Part shown: positions 12,784-23,029 of the stretch, in pieces
How positions within the stretch are numbered: position 1 is the first letter of the stretch
Layout: the number at the start of each line of letters is the position of its first letter
Assembly: GCA_047284725.1 (NCBI GenBank)
Contig: JBJBEO010000001.1
Coordinates: 1 to 64,000 of the forward strand
From: Synechococcus sp.
GTDB lineage: Bacteria > Cyanobacteriota > Cyanobacteriia > PCC-6307 > Cyanobiaceae
Length of the DNA stretch: 64,000 bases
Reading direction: 5' to 3'
Program-made: the position numbers and the translations under genes
Notes under the pieces: model-generated
Database searches by the model: none
What the model saw: only the letters and a program-made list of their open reading frames with translations
What the model was told of the DNA's origin: nothing

Positions 12784-14619
12784 TCAGCCCTCCTCGTCTG
12801 CGTTGGGATCAACCCAGGTGCTGGCCACATGCAGTTCCTCCAGCTGTTTGTCGGCCACACCTGCCGGCGCGGCTGTCATCAGACAGCGGGCCTGCTGGGT
12901 CTTGGGGAAGGCGATGGTGTCGCGGATCGACTCCTCGCCGGCCAGCAGCATCACCATCCGGTCGATGCCGAACGCCAAACCGCCATGGGGTGGGGCGCCC
13001 ATGTCAAGGGCTGCGATCAGGAAGCCGAACTGTTCCAGGGCTTCCTCCAGGGGCAGACCCACGGTCTGCAGCACCTGGCGCTGCAGGGCTGACTCATGAA
13101 TACGCAGCGAGCCACCGCCCAGCTCCAGCCCGTTCAGCACCAGGTCGTAGGCCTGGGCCCGTGCGCCGGGCAGGGTGTCGGCCCACTGGGAGGCGTCATC
13201 GCCCAGGTCGGTGGTGTTGGGGGCGCAGAAGGGGTGGTGCAGGGCCTCGTAGCGGTTCTCATCGGTGTTGAATTCGAACATCGGGAAGTCCACCACCCAG
13301 AGGAAGTTCCACTGGTCGTTGTCGCGGTCGGTCTTGACCATGCCCAGCTCCTTGGCCAGGTACTGGCGCACGCGATCGAGGGCCTTGTTCACCGTGGCCG
13401 TGTCGCCGGCGCCGAACAGCAGCAGGGTGCCCGGTTCAGCGCCGGTGCGGCTGAGCAGTTCCTGCTTCTGCTCATCGCTGAGGTTGTCCTTGATGGCACC
13501 GATGGTGTCGATCTCGCCGCCATCGCGCACCCGGATGAAGGCGAGGCCACCGGCACCGGCTTTCTGGGCCTCGCTGAACACATCGCCGCCGGGCTTGATC
13601 CGCACGTTAGAGAGAGCATCGTTGCCACCGGGCACGGCGATGCACTTCACAGCGCCGCCGGACTTCACGGCACCGCTGAACACTTTGAAGCCCATGTCCT
13701 TGACGATGTCGCTCACGTTGGTGAGCTCCATGCCGTAGCGGGTGTCGGGCCGGTCGGTGCCGTAGCGCTCCATGGCGTCGTGCCAGGTCATGCGCGGGAA
13801 GGGTCGGGGCAGCTCGATGCCCTTCACGGTCTTCCAGATGGCGCAGATCAGCCGTTCGTTCAGAGCGAGGATCTCCTCCTGATCCATGAAGCTCATCTCC
13901 ATGTCCAGCTGAGTGAACTCCGGCTGGCGGTCGGCGCGCAGGTCTTCGTCGCGGAAGCAGCGAGCTACTTGGTAGTACTTCTCGATGCCACCCACCATCA
14001 GCAGCTGCTTGAACAACTGCGGTGACTGGGGCAGGGCGAACCACTCACCGCCGCAAACGCGGCTGGGCAGGACGTAATCGCGGGCGCCTTCCGGCGTGGA
14101 GCGGGTCAGCACCGGGGTCTCCACCTCGATGAAGCCTTCGTCTTCCAGAAAGCGACGGGCGGTCTGGATCGTCTGGGCCCGCAGGCGCAGGTTGTCGTTC
14201 ATGCGCTTGCGGCGCAGATCCAGATAGCGGTGGCGCAGGCGCAGTTCTTCGCGGGTGTTCTCTTCGTCGTGGATTGACACCGGGAAGGGCAGATTCCCTT
14301 TCACGGCGTTCAGCACCGTGATGCTGCTGGCCAGCACCTCAACGGCGCCGGTCGCCAGCTTGTCGTTCAGTGATTCAGCAGGGCGGGCCCGCACCTTCCC
14401 CGCAACCTGCAGCACGGTTTCGCTGCGCAGGTGCTCGGCGACGGCAAAGGCCTCGGCTCCCAGATCAGGGTCCACGGTGATCTGAACGGTGCCGCTGCGG
14501 TCGCGCAGGTCGATGAAGATGACCCCACCGTGGTCGCGACGTCGATCCACCCAGCCGCAGAGCTGCACCTGCTCGTCGATCTGTTGCTTGCGCAGGTCGC
14601 CGCATCCGTTGCTGCGCAT
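12784..14619 (-). CDS. aspS: Aspartate--tRNA ligase
   Basis: [52 protein letters not shown] and [14 protein letters not shown]. Start at MRSNGCG (14619). Confidence 0.98.
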   Translation of the reverse strand: MRSNGCGDLRKQQIDEQVQLCGWVDRRRDHGGVIFIDLRDRSGTVQITVDPDLGAEAFAVAEHLRSETVLQVAGKVRARPAESLNDKLATGAVEVLASSITVLNAVKGNLPFPVSIHDEENTREELRLRHRYLDLRRKRMNDNLRLRAQTIQTARRFLEDEGFIEVETPVLTRSTPEGARDYVLPSRVCGGEWFALPQSPQLFKQLLMVGGIEKYYQVARCFRDEDLRADRQPEFTQLDMEMSFMDQEEILALNERLICAIWKTVKGIELPRPFPRMTWHDAMERYGTDRPDTRYGMELTNVSDIVKDMGFKVFSGAVKSGGAVKCIAVPGGNDALSNVRIKPGGDVFSEAQKAGAGGLAFIRVRDGGEIDTIGAIKDNLSDEQKQELLSRTGAEPGTLLLFGAGDTATVNKALDRVRQYLAKELGMVKTDRDNDQWNFLWVVDFPMFEFNTDENRYEALHHPFCAPNTTDLGDDASQWADTLPGARAQAYDLVLNGLELGGGSLRIHESALQRQVLQTVGLPLEEALEQFGFLIAALDMGAPPHGGLAFGIDRMVMLLAGEESIRDTIAFPKTQQARCLMTAAPAGVADKQLEELHVASTWVDPNADEEG

Positions 14620-14690
14620 GGGAGCCGTCGAGGAGTGATGAGAGGCGAGTTTCCCACAGGACCCGTCAGGTGCTTGATGCGTTGTTCCGT

Positions 14691-15785
14691 TCAGCGGCTG
14701 CGTCGGTAGAAGGGGCGCTTCACAACGGTGGCCGGCTGCCGCTTGCCTCGGATCTCGACCGTGAGCGTGTTGCCCACTTTGGCCAGGGCCGTTGGCACGT
14801 AGCCCAGGCCGATGCCTGCTTCGAGACTGGGGGACCAACCGCCGCTGCTCACCTTGCCCACCACCTGATCCCCATCGAGGATCGGATAGTCGTGGCGGGG
14901 GATGGCCCGGCCTTCCAGTTGCAGGCCCACCAGCCGCCGGCTGCTGCCCTGCTCCACTTCCTTTTCCAGTGCTTCCCTGCCGATGAACGACACGGGGTTC
15001 TCCAGGTGCACCAGCCAGCCAAGACCTGCCTCCAGAGGACTCGTGGAGGTGTCCATGTCGTGCCCGTACAAGTGCATGGCTGCCTCCAGCCGCAGACTGT
15101 CGCGGGCGCCCAGCCCGCAGGGGGTGACTCCCTCTTGCAGTAGCCGGCTCCAAAGCTGACGGCCGGCCTCGCGAGGCAGCAGCAGTTCAAAGCCGTCTTC
15201 ACCTGTGTAGCCCGTGCGGGCTGCCAGCACAGTGGTGTTTGTGGAAGGCAGGGTCAGCAGGCGTTGCCCAAAGCGGGGCAGTTCGTTGAGGTTGCTGCCG
15301 CTGATCTGCTCCAGCACGGCCTGGGCTTCTGGACCCTGCAGGGCCAGCAGCACGCCGTCGCCTTTTTCGTCGCTGATGGTGAGACCACTGCCGCTCAGTT
15401 GCTGCTCCAACCAGGCGCGGTCGCTGTCGGCGCAGGCGGCATTGATCACGGCCAACACCGTGCTGTCGCCCATGTCGTAGACGATCAGATCGTCGAGGAT
15501 TCCCCCGGTGTCATTGAGCAACACCGTGTAGCAGGCCTGGCCCGGGCCGATGCGATGCAGATCGGTGGGCACCAGCCGTTGGAGGGCGTCCTTGGGGTTC
15601 GGCCCGCTGAAGCGCACCACGCCCATGTGGGAGATGTCGAACATCCCCACGCGTTCGCGCACGGCGGCATGTTCGGCGAGCAGCCCCGAAAACTGCACGG
15701 CCATCTCCCAGCCGGCAAACGGCACCATGCGTCCCCCGGCTGTCTGGCAGAGGTCGTGAAGCGGGGTGCGTTTGAGATCGGTCAC
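14691..15785 (-). CDS. gcvT: Glycine cleavage system aminomethyltransferase T
   Basis: [26 protein letters not shown] and [12 protein letters not shown]. Confidence 0.97.
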   Translation of the reverse strand: MTDLKRTPLHDLCQTAGGRMVPFAGWEMAVQFSGLLAEHAAVRERVGMFDISHMGVVRFSGPNPKDALQRLVPTDLHRIGPGQACYTVLLNDTGGILDDLIVYDMGDSTVLAVINAACADSDRAWLEQQLSGSGLTISDEKGDGVLLALQGPEAQAVLEQISGSNLNELPRFGQRLLTLPSTNTTVLAARTGYTGEDGFELLLPREAGRQLWSRLLQEGVTPCGLGARDSLRLEAAMHLYGHDMDTSTSPLEAGLGWLVHLENPVSFIGREALEKEVEQGSSRRLVGLQLEGRAIPRHDYPILDGDQVVGKVSSGGWSPSLEAGIGLGYVPTALAKVGNTLTVEIRGKRQPATVVKRPFYRRSR

Positions 15786-15923
15786 AGGCCGCGATCCAGT
15801 GGTTCGGATCCTATGGACTCAGTTCGCCAGGGTGGGAAACGGAAGCAAAGCCGCAGATTCAGCCTTGTGCGTGGTGCCTTCGCCTGCACGTCATTACGTT
15901 GAGCGTCCTCTTCTTCAACCTTT

Positions 15924-16163
15924 TTGTCGGAGGCCTGCTGCCACAACTGCCACCACTGCACTGCCTCCACCAGCGGTGCGACGGGGCCTTTTGTGGGTTG
16001 GTGCCGACTTCGTCGTCTGCCTGTGCATGCTGAGCTGGCCAGGGTGGCCTGGTGTCCTCACTGGACCGCGCGACCGCCGGCGTTGCCCTCCTTGGGGGTG
16101 AAGGACACCGTGTTGCCGCCGACTGGTCTGCAGTTGGAACTTCACGGTGCAGAGGCCGATTAG
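15924..16163 (+). CDS. Small Cys/His-rich hypothetical protein, putative metal binding
   Basis: CCHNCHHC...GWCRLR...WCPHW; fills the gap divergent from gcvT. Confidence 0.65.
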   Translation: MSEACCHNCHHCTASTSGATGPFVGWCRLRRLPVHAELARVAWCPHWTARPPALPSLGVKDTVLPPTGLQLELHGAEAD

Positions 16164-16256
16164 GCCTGCTGGGTTCAGGGAGGAAGCCTAGAATCCTTGT
16201 GGGTGTTCTTGCTCATTTGTTGCGTGAGTCACACAGGTTGGCGTGAAGGCGCGTGA

Positions 16257-16691
16257 ATGATGAAGGAAGAACACAACGGCCACTCGTCCTTGCTCTCTGC
16301 GCGATCGCTACCAACACCCGATGAGCTGTTCGCTGACCACAAGGACGGTGATGACCTCAATGTTCCGACCGGCGGCTTGATCTATCGCGCCGGTGATTCC
16401 GTTGAGTGTGTCTACGCTCTGCAACGCGGCATGGTTGAGTTGAGCGCTGCCGGGGTGACGGGAAGGCAGCGTTATGGTCCAGGCGAGATCTTCAGTTATG
16501 AGGACCTGGCTGGTTCGCAGCAGGTCCATAGCCACGATGCCATCGCACTGACTCCGGTTGCGGTGGTGCGTTTACCACGCGGGAGCTTTGTGGAGCTGAT
16601 CCTTCGCCATCCCACCATCGTGCTGGCTTTGTTGGAGCGACAGCACAGCCGACTGCGTGAGCAGCGACTGGCGTCTCGTCATTACTACTGA
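16257..16691 (+). CDS. Stand-alone cyclic nucleotide-binding (Crp-type effector) domain protein
   Basis: IYRAGDSVECVYALQRGMVEL, YGPGEIF and HDAIALTPVAV fit the cNMP beta-barrel. No C-terminal HTH. Confidence 0.8.
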   Translation: MMKEEHNGHSSLLSARSLPTPDELFADHKDGDDLNVPTGGLIYRAGDSVECVYALQRGMVELSAAGVTGRQRYGPGEIFSYEDLAGSQQVHSHDAIALTPVAVVRLPRGSFVELILRHPTIVLALLERQHSRLREQRLASRHYY

Positions 16692-17609
16692 TCAGTTCTC
16701 GTTCCCGTGCAGCAGCATCAGCAGGCTGCGGGTCACCTTGCTGGCGAGCACACTGCTCACCCCGGTGGAATCGAGCTGTGGGGCCAGTTCCACCACGTCG
16801 GCAGCCATCAGTGCATGCTCCTGCAACACCTCCACCAGCGCGGCGAAATGGTGCCAGAGGAATCCGCCGGGTTCCGGTGTGCCGGTGCCAGGCATCACGG
16901 CTGGATCAAACCAATCGAGATCCACCGTGAGATAGATCGGTTGATGGCGATGGGGCTGCAGGGCGGTGCGCAACGTGGCGGCGAGTTCACGGCCGCTCTG
17001 ATCAGGGCGGTGATCGATTCGGCGCCGGGTTTGTTCCAGCTCGATGAATTCGTCGCGGGTCCCGCTGCGGATTGCCAGCTGCAGCAGATCTCCGCTGGGC
17101 AGCACCTCCAGGCAGCGGCGCATGGCGCAGGCATGGCTGTGGCGTGCTCCCAGCCACTGGTCGCGCAGGTCGGCATGGGCGTCTAGTTGAAGCAACACAA
17201 GGTCGGGGTGGTGCTGGGCCACGGCGGCGACCGCTCCGCTGCTGATCGAGTGTTCACCACCCAGCATCAGCGGTTTGAGACCCAGTTCCAGCACGGTGCT
17301 GGTGGCCTGTTGCACCGCTTGCACCACCGGTTCAGGTGCGCCGAAGGGAATGTCAACAGCGCCGAGATCGGCGTAGGCCAGATCGTCGAGGTCCATCCCT
17401 AGCTGTGGGCAGTAGCCCTCGAGGCCATTGCTGACATCGCGGACCGCAGCGGGGCCGAAGCGGGTGCCCGGGCGGAAGGAGGTGGTGCCGTCGTAGGGCA
17501 CGCCGAAGAGCCCAACGCGGCAGCCGGCTGGATTTCGACGGGCGCCCATGTAAATCGCCCCTTCCCGGTCGAACACCTGGTCGAGCGCGATGGTTGCGTG
17601 GTTGGTCAT
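16692..17609 (-). CDS. speB: Agmatinase
   Basis: GVPYDGTTSFRPGTRFGP, GGEHSI, DAHADLR and DLDWFDP...PGTGTPEPGG. Confidence 0.95.
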   Translation of the reverse strand: MTNHATIALDQVFDREGAIYMGARRNPAGCRVGLFGVPYDGTTSFRPGTRFGPAAVRDVSNGLEGYCPQLGMDLDDLAYADLGAVDIPFGAPEPVVQAVQQATSTVLELGLKPLMLGGEHSISSGAVAAVAQHHPDLVLLQLDAHADLRDQWLGARHSHACAMRRCLEVLPSGDLLQLAIRSGTRDEFIELEQTRRRIDHRPDQSGRELAATLRTALQPHRHQPIYLTVDLDWFDPAVMPGTGTPEPGGFLWHHFAALVEVLQEHALMAADVVELAPQLDSTGVSSVLASKVTRSLLMLLHGNEN

Positions 17610-18469
17610 CAGGTCAACTCCCGTTCCACAAAGGCCGGTACGGCATCGAAAGCGCCTCGTTGCCACCGGGGGCTCCAGATCTCGCAGCCCTCTGCCACCG
17701 CCGCGGCCCGATCCTTCTGGGGTTGGAGGTAACGGGCGCGATCAGTGGCGGCGAAGGTCCAGCTCCACCAGCCGCTGGGATACATCGGTACCCATCCATA
17801 CAGGGGCGCGGCGTGGCCAAACAGCTCCCGGATCAGCTTCACCGTGTCGATGTGAACCTGACGAAAGGCCTCCGGGGATTCGCTTTGCGTTGCGAAGACG
17901 CCACCGGGTCTGAGGATTCGTTTGCAGTGGCTGAAAAAGGCACGGTTGAACAGGCCCTCCGCAGGGCCGGCGGGGTCGGAGCCATCCACCAGCACCACGT
18001 CGTAGGAGGCCTCCTCCGCCTTGGCTGCCCAGGCGATGCCATCTCCCACGTGCAGGTGGAAGCGGGGATCACGCCAGCAGCCGCCACCGATGCCGGGCAG
18101 GTGCTCCTGGCTCAGTTCTACCACCCGGCCATCGATCTCCACCATGTCGAGGTGCTCGACACCGGGGTGACGCAGACACTCCCGGGCGGTGCCGCCGTCA
18201 CCACCTCCGATCACCAGCACCCGGGCGATCGATGCTGCCGAGCAGAGGGCCGGATGCACCAGGGATTCGTGATAGTGCCGTTCCTGTCGCTCAGCCGTCA
18301 TCCAGCAGCCATCGAGCAGCAAGCCTTTGCCGTAGCGGTTGCTTTCGATCACGGTGATCCGCTGGAAGGAGCTTGTTTCCTCCACCAGCACCCGCCCCTC
18401 CAGGCCGTAGCGCACGCCTTTGTGGTGTTCATCGATCCAGCCGCCGCTGGGCTGGGCTGCGCTGCTCAT
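17609..18469 (-). CDS. speE: Spermidine synthase (polyamine aminopropyltransferase)
   Basis: [31 protein letters not shown] and DGSDPAGPA. Start at MSSAAQP; stop overlaps the speB start. Confidence 0.95.
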   Translation of the reverse strand: MSSAAQPSGGWIDEHHKGVRYGLEGRVLVEETSSFQRITVIESNRYGKGLLLDGCWMTAERQERHYHESLVHPALCSAASIARVLVIGGGDGGTARECLRHPGVEHLDMVEIDGRVVELSQEHLPGIGGGCWRDPRFHLHVGDGIAWAAKAEEASYDVVLVDGSDPAGPAEGLFNRAFFSHCKRILRPGGVFATQSESPEAFRQVHIDTVKLIRELFGHAAPLYGWVPMYPSGWWSWTFAATDRARYLQPQKDRAAAVAEGCEIWSPRWQRGAFDAVPAFVERELT

Positions 18470-18580
18470 GGGCCGTTGTTGCTCAGGTCGTTGCGTCTTC
18501 CAGCTAAAACCAGCGCCGGTCAGCGCATGGCAGAACCCTGAGCCTGGGGTCAGCATGGCGTCAGCTGCAGACATCAATGC

Positions 18581-19297
18581 ATGGGATGGCTGCAATGGGT
18601 GCTGTCGTTGTGTACGGATAAGCGAGAACTGCTGGATGTGACCTGTTTCAACCATCCAGTCGCGATGCAAGTGTCATGGGCTCCCTTGGTGCGAGGTGGC
18701 TCGAATGTCTGCACTCACCGAGCTCAGATCAAGCAAAGCCTGAGTGGCTCGCAACTCGTGTTCAAGACCACTTGGGCTGCTTATCTCTTTTGCAGTGTGT
18801 TTATGGCCGTTGGGCTGATTCTTCTACTTGCTTTTTTGACTCAGTTGATGGCGGCCCCAGGGGTGAATGCCGGCATGGGTCTCTTGGGGCTGGTTTCGTG
18901 TGTTTTTTTCATCGCGGGATGCCTGTTGCTTGGCTGGTTCCGCCGCAGGGAGTGTTGCTTCGAGCCAGTCTCCGGCCGGTTCATGCAGGCCAGCAACGTG
19001 CACGATTTGCGAGATGTGCAGGCCATTCAGTTGATTCGTGAAACAGTGCGCAGCGGCAACAGCGGCAGCACGTACAAGAGTCGCTACTACAGCTATGAAC
19101 TCAATCTGGTGCTGCGCGATGCCACGCGGTTGAACGTGACTGACCACGGTTCCTTACGGGTGATCCGAGCGGACGCGGAGCTCCTGGCTCACTACCTATC
19201 GGTTCCTGTATGGGATGCCATTGACTATCGGATCCCTGAGGCTGCAATGAAACGGAACCTCGAGGCCGAGGGGCTGGGCCGCAATCTGTTTGGGTGA
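18581..19297 (+). CDS. Hypothetical membrane protein (two TM helices plus a C-terminal soluble domain)
   Basis: 238-aa ORF with two hydrophobic stretches and a globular C-terminus (YSYELNLVL...DHG...VPVWDA); divergent from speE. Confidence 0.75.
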   Translation: MGWLQWVLSLCTDKRELLDVTCFNHPVAMQVSWAPLVRGGSNVCTHRAQIKQSLSGSQLVFKTTWAAYLFCSVFMAVGLILLLAFLTQLMAAPGVNAGMGLLGLVSCVFFIAGCLLLGWFRRRECCFEPVSGRFMQASNVHDLRDVQAIQLIRETVRSGNSGSTYKSRYYSYELNLVLRDATRLNVTDHGSLRVIRADAELLAHYLSVPVWDAIDYRIPEAAMKRNLEAEGLGRNLFG

Positions 19298-19325
19298 TCA
19301 AGCCCCTCGTGTTGGACTCACCAAA

Positions 19326-19454
19326 TCACCAACCGGGCGTGAGCTGGCGTTTGACGCCTTCGTGGGTCATTTCGATTTCTGCTGCAGCTTGTTTGGCCTC
19401 GTAGATGGCCCAGGTCTGCAGGCAGACAATCGCAAGAACAAGGAATCTCAGCAC
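19326..19454 (-). CDS. Putative 42-aa single-TM small protein (not in the ORF track)
   Basis: Manual translation from GTG: MLRFLVLAIVCLQTWAIYEAKQAAAEIEMTHEGVKRQLTPGW*; occupies an otherwise empty gap. Confidence 0.45.
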   Translation of the reverse strand: MLRFLVLAIVCLQTWAIYEAKQAAAEIEMTHEGVKRQLTPGW

Positions 19455-19571
19455 CAGAGGTAGGTGTTTGATTTTGCTGCAACACTACCCATGGTGGAGC
19501 GAGTTGTCTGTGTCGGTGAATGCAGCGCAATGGTTCGCTCACCCATTCCGGTCGACTGCCAGGGTGGGCGC

Positions 19572-20006
19572 ATGGCCCAGGACCTGCCCGTTAATGCGCG
19601 CTTGGTGATCCCTGCTGCTGAGTTGCAATGGCGTTTTTCCAGAGCCTCGGGACCCGGGGGGCAAGGCGTGAACACCACTGACTCCCGGGTGGAGTTGGTG
19701 TTCGATCTGGAGCGTTCCCGAGTGCTGGGGGCCTTTCGGCGCCAGCGGCTGCTCGATGCGTTGGGTTCAAGGGTTGTTGATGGTTGTGTGCGGGTGGTGG
19801 CGGCGGAAGAGCGCTCCCAATGGCAAAACCGTCAGCGTGCTTTGGTGCGGCTCGGAGATCTGTTGCGGGATGGGTTGAAGCCACCGCCGCCGCAACGCAA
19901 GCCCACCCGACCGGGCCGTGTAGCTGTGCGTCGCCGTTTGGAGGCGAAGGGGCGTCGAAGTGCACTCAAGCAGTCGCGTCGTCAGCGACCTTCCATGGAG
20001 GAGTGA
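19572..20006 (+). CDS. arfB: Alternative ribosome rescue peptidyl-tRNA hydrolase
   Basis: FSRASGPGGQGVN (GGQ motif), EERSQWQNRQRA and a basic C-terminal tail RKPTRP...RRRLEAK. Confidence 0.92.
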   Translation: MAQDLPVNARLVIPAAELQWRFSRASGPGGQGVNTTDSRVELVFDLERSRVLGAFRRQRLLDALGSRVVDGCVRVVAAEERSQWQNRQRALVRLGDLLRDGLKPPPPQRKPTRPGRVAVRRRLEAKGRRSALKQSRRQRPSMEE

Positions 20007-20146
20007 TGGCCAATGGATGGATCGGACATGGCGCAGGGTTGTGCGCCTGATTTCGCTTGAGAAAAGTGCGTGCCTCTGCAAACCCCGTGCTGATGTGCAG
20101 GCCCGTGACGCTCATCGCTGAGCGCTTCGCTGCTTGGCCGCAGAGC

Positions 20147-20983
20147 TTAAGGCTGTTGTTCTTCTTCCCGGATCGCCGCCTTGGCTTGCTGCCATAGGCC
20201 CTCCAGCTCGTTGATGCTGCGGCCTTGGAGATTGCCCCCAAGGGCTGCTTCCACGCGGGAGAAGCGGTTGAGAAAGCGTTGATTCGTGCCCGCCAGGCCG
20301 GATTCCGGGTCGATTCCGCACCAGCGCGCCACATTCACCAGGGTGAACAGCACGTCCCCAAGCTCTTCCTGCGCATGGGCGTTGTTGCCGGAAGCCACAG
20401 CCTCCTTGAGCTCATCGAGCTCTTCGTGCACCTTGTCCCAAACGCCGGCCATGTCATCCCATTCGAAGCCGGCTTGGGCGGCTTTCTTGGAAATGGTCAT
20501 GGCTCCAGCCAGGGCGGGTTGACCGCGTACCTTGCCGGTCAGCTGGTCGCTCAGCGGGCTTGTGGACGGCGCCTGTGCACCTTTCTCTGCGGCTTTGATC
20601 GCCTCCCAGCTGCGGCGTACCGCTTCGCTGTCGCTGGCTTCGGCGTCAGCGAACACGTGGGGGTGGCGCCGGATCAGTTTGTCGCTGATGCCTTCGGCAA
20701 TGGCATCGAGATCAAAGCGGTTGTCTTCGCCGGCAATCCTCGCGTGCAGCACCACCTGCAGCAGCAGGTCGCCCAGTTCCTCTCTCAGATGCCGGTCATC
20801 ACCATGTCGGATCGCATCAGCGACTTCATGGGCCTCCTCCAGCACGTAGGGCACCAGGGATTGATGGGTCTGTTCGAGATCCCACGGGCAGCCTGTTGTT
20901 GGATCGCGCAGTTGGGCCACCACCTCTTCCAGGCGCCGCAGCGGATCCGGGTGTTGGGACGCCTTTGCGTTGTTGCCGGCCAT
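20147..20983 (-). CDS. mazG: Nucleoside triphosphate pyrophosphohydrolase
   Basis: LRDPTTGCPWDLEQTH, EEAHEV, EELGDLLLQV, KLIRRHPHVF and a second EELGDVLF domain. Confidence 0.96.
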   Translation of the reverse strand: MAGNNAKASQHPDPLRRLEEVVAQLRDPTTGCPWDLEQTHQSLVPYVLEEAHEVADAIRHGDDRHLREELGDLLLQVVLHARIAGEDNRFDLDAIAEGISDKLIRRHPHVFADAEASDSEAVRRSWEAIKAAEKGAQAPSTSPLSDQLTGKVRGQPALAGAMTISKKAAQAGFEWDDMAGVWDKVHEELDELKEAVASGNNAHAQEELGDVLFTLVNVARWCGIDPESGLAGTNQRFLNRFSRVEAALGGNLQGRSINELEGLWQQAKAAIREEEQQP

Positions 20984-21015
20984 GGAGCGTTGAGGGACTG
21001 CCTGGGCTCACCTTC

Positions 21016-21543
21016 TCACTGTCGATGCCCTTTGCGGCGGCGCCAGCGGCGCCATTCCACCGGTAAGGGGTCGCCATCCATCAGCAGATGGAGCCAGACG
21101 CTGGTCTCAAGCCCAAGGGCCATGGAGAGCACCAGCTGCGGGCGGGAGAGGGCGTTCGCCAGCAGGGTCTCTGTCAGTTCGCGTGGGCTGGCCAGAGAAA
21201 GCTCCAGCAGTGTTTGAAGCAGCATCCTCAGCAGCAGCCACCCCAGCAGGCTGCAGCTCAGAAGCCAGAGCAGGCGCAGAGCCATGCCGATCAGGGGCCC
21301 ATGGGACAACAGTGAGCGGTGAGGAATCAGGCGTCGGTAGGGCCACCAGATCCAGCGCAATGCCCCCCAGCGATGCAGGGGTTTGGAGTGCGTGTCGAGG
21401 TCGGGAGACAGCCAGAGCCCTCCCACCAGAAAGGATCCTGCGCCGAGCAAACCAGCTTCAAGGCCCAACCACGGGGTGAGGATCAGTCCGAAGGGAATGC
21501 ATGCCACCAACGTGGCCCGGTCATGGTCGCGGCCAAGGGCCAT
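21016..21543 (-). CDS. Putative metal-binding membrane protein (DUF2227-like)
   Basis: GRDHDRAT, LSPDLD, WWPY...HRSLLSHGP and WLHLLMD motifs; hydrophobic. Confidence 0.8.
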   Translation of the reverse strand: MALGRDHDRATLVACIPFGLILTPWLGLEAGLLGAGSFLVGGLWLSPDLDTHSKPLHRWGALRWIWWPYRRLIPHRSLLSHGPLIGMALRLLWLLSCSLLGWLLLRMLLQTLLELSLASPRELTETLLANALSRPQLVLSMALGLETSVWLHLLMDGDPLPVEWRRWRRRKGHRQ

Positions 21544-21568
21544 GGCGCTCAGGCAAGATGGAGGCCCC

Positions 21569-21640
21569 GGGCGATTAGCTCAGCGGTAGAGCACCTCCCT
21601 TACAAGGAGATTGTCACTGGTTCGATCCCAGTATCGCCCA
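21569..21640 (+). tRNA. trnV: tRNA-Val(TAC)
   Basis: GGGCGAT/ATCGCCC acceptor stem, D arm GCTC-AGCGGTA-GAGC, anticodon loop CT-TAC-AA, T arm ACTGG-TTCGATC-CCAGT. 72 nt; CCA not encoded. Confidence 0.97.
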
Positions 21641-21835
21641 TTTACGAGTTCCTTCTTCAGGTTTGACGCGTTCGCCTCAGGGCTGAAAACCCTTGTTTTC
21701 ACCATGTTGTGGCCGGAACTGTGGACGTTTTTGACTTGTCAGAATGTTGATTCAGCTAGCAGCTGACAGATCTGCTCACTGGCTGACGTATTGGCCACTA
21801 CGACAATCAGCGCCAAAGAGTCTGATGATCCCAAA

Positions 21836-22027
21836 ATGACTAACAGCACTCCAAGCCTCGTCACGTGGATGGCTGAGCACCAGAAGTATCTGGGTCTAGT
21901 TGCAGACGGCTCTTATGAAGAAGCTGAAGACCTCAAGAAAGAAATTGTGGAGGGCCTCAATTGGGTGGGGCTGAGCTGGGACGACCTTGAATTTGCGAAT
22001 GATCCTGACCATCGCAAGCCGTCTTAG
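21836..22027 (+). CDS. Small acidic hypothetical protein (63 aa)
   Basis: MTNSTPSLVTWMAEHQKYL...IVEGLNWVGLSWDDLEFA; helical, protein-like composition. Confidence 0.6.
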   Translation: MTNSTPSLVTWMAEHQKYLGLVADGSYEEAEDLKKEIVEGLNWVGLSWDDLEFANDPDHRKPS

Positions 22028-22445
22028 GGAGAGACATCGCGGTGAATCAGAGAAGCGATTGGCTGTTGTGCTGGACCAGTCGGAATCTTTCCTCCCGTCA
22101 ATACTCAACTCCGCCAACCCCGTGGCGTTGCCTTGGTGCTCAATCAGCACAGAATCGACAACTCACTGACAGCACCGTCGACAGCAGTAGGCGACCTCGT
22201 CTTGCCGCATCACGCGCTGTCTCTTGAAGTATCTGGATCGACGAGGCGATCAAGTTCTGGCGATTAAGGTGCTGCATGTCGCCACGAATCTGTCACCTTG
22301 CACTGGTGATCAGACGATGACCCAGGCAGACGATTGATGAGTACCTGCCATTGCTCAGGTTTCTCGAAGCTGTGGATCATCACCGATGATTACGGCGGAG
22401 CCCACTGCTACACCACTTGCTTGTGGCCATCGGAATGCTGAGTAC

Positions 22446-22475
22446 AAAAAAAGGACCGCCTCACAAGCAGCCCCT
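22446..22475 (-). terminator. Rho-independent terminator of the cyAbrB remnant
   Basis: On the minus strand, AGGGGCTGC-TTGTGAG-GCGGTCCTT followed by a T run, about 25 nt after the remnant's stop codon. Confidence 0.6.
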
Positions 22476-22500
22476 CGACCGTTTCATGAGTTGGCGTAAC

Positions 22501-22617
22501 TCATTCCTCTTCGTCGCTGCCACCCATGGGCACCAGATGGATCTGATGGCGCCCAAGCTTGATCTCGAACTCATCACCGACATTGAGGTAAAGCATTGCG
22601 GTCTAGGCCTTGCCGAG
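22501..22617 (-). pseudogene. C-terminal fragment of a cyanobacterial AbrB-family (cyAbrB) transcriptional regulator with an internal stop
   Basis: Manual translation LGKA*TAMLYLNVGDEFEIKLGRHQIHLVPMGGSDEEE* matches the cyAbrB C-terminal pattern IGKAYTAMLxLxxGDEFEIKLGRKQIxL. TAG at 22603-22605 replaces the Tyr codon; no matching N-terminus upstream. Confidence 0.8.
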
Positions 22618-23029
22618 TCGCTGGCACGTGGCAAGGAGGTGCCTGCCTGACGCTTACGACTTGGTTTGTGTCTCCAGCAGCGTGTGGACTGCCCATGCAA
22701 CGAAGTTCTGGCGTTCAAGAGAAGGATTGCCTTCGGCTTGAGTTCTTGGTTCAGCAGGATTTCCTCTTCATGCAGCGGCCACAAGCTCGTGAAGGTGTGG
22801 AGCGTTAAGTCGCGAAAGAACCCGTTTCCAGCCAAACACTAGCTTCTGCGATGTCTGCCCTGGTTCGGATGGGCAATGGGTCATCGACGCGAGTTGCCAT
22901 TCAGGCTAAGAGCAACACAACAAATAGCCTAAAAAAGGAGAAAAAGCCCATGAGAGCTTGGTGAAAGTTCATTCTGCTTGCCTTGCGGCTCATGGCTCTT
23001 AGGCGCTTCTTTGTCTAAGCAGAGTGAAA

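Noticed and set aside
14620..15153. Apparent 178-aa N-terminal extension of AspS in the ORF track
   Set aside because: It overlaps gcvT in another frame; AspS homology begins at MRSNGCG (14619).
20147..20983. mazG as part of a toxin-antitoxin or anti-phage module
   Set aside because: It is the canonical two-domain housekeeping MazG with no toxin or defence neighbours.
22461..22835. 124-aa minus-strand ORF in the islet
   Set aside because: It overlaps the cyAbrB remnant in another frame and has no convincing motif; at most a fragment.
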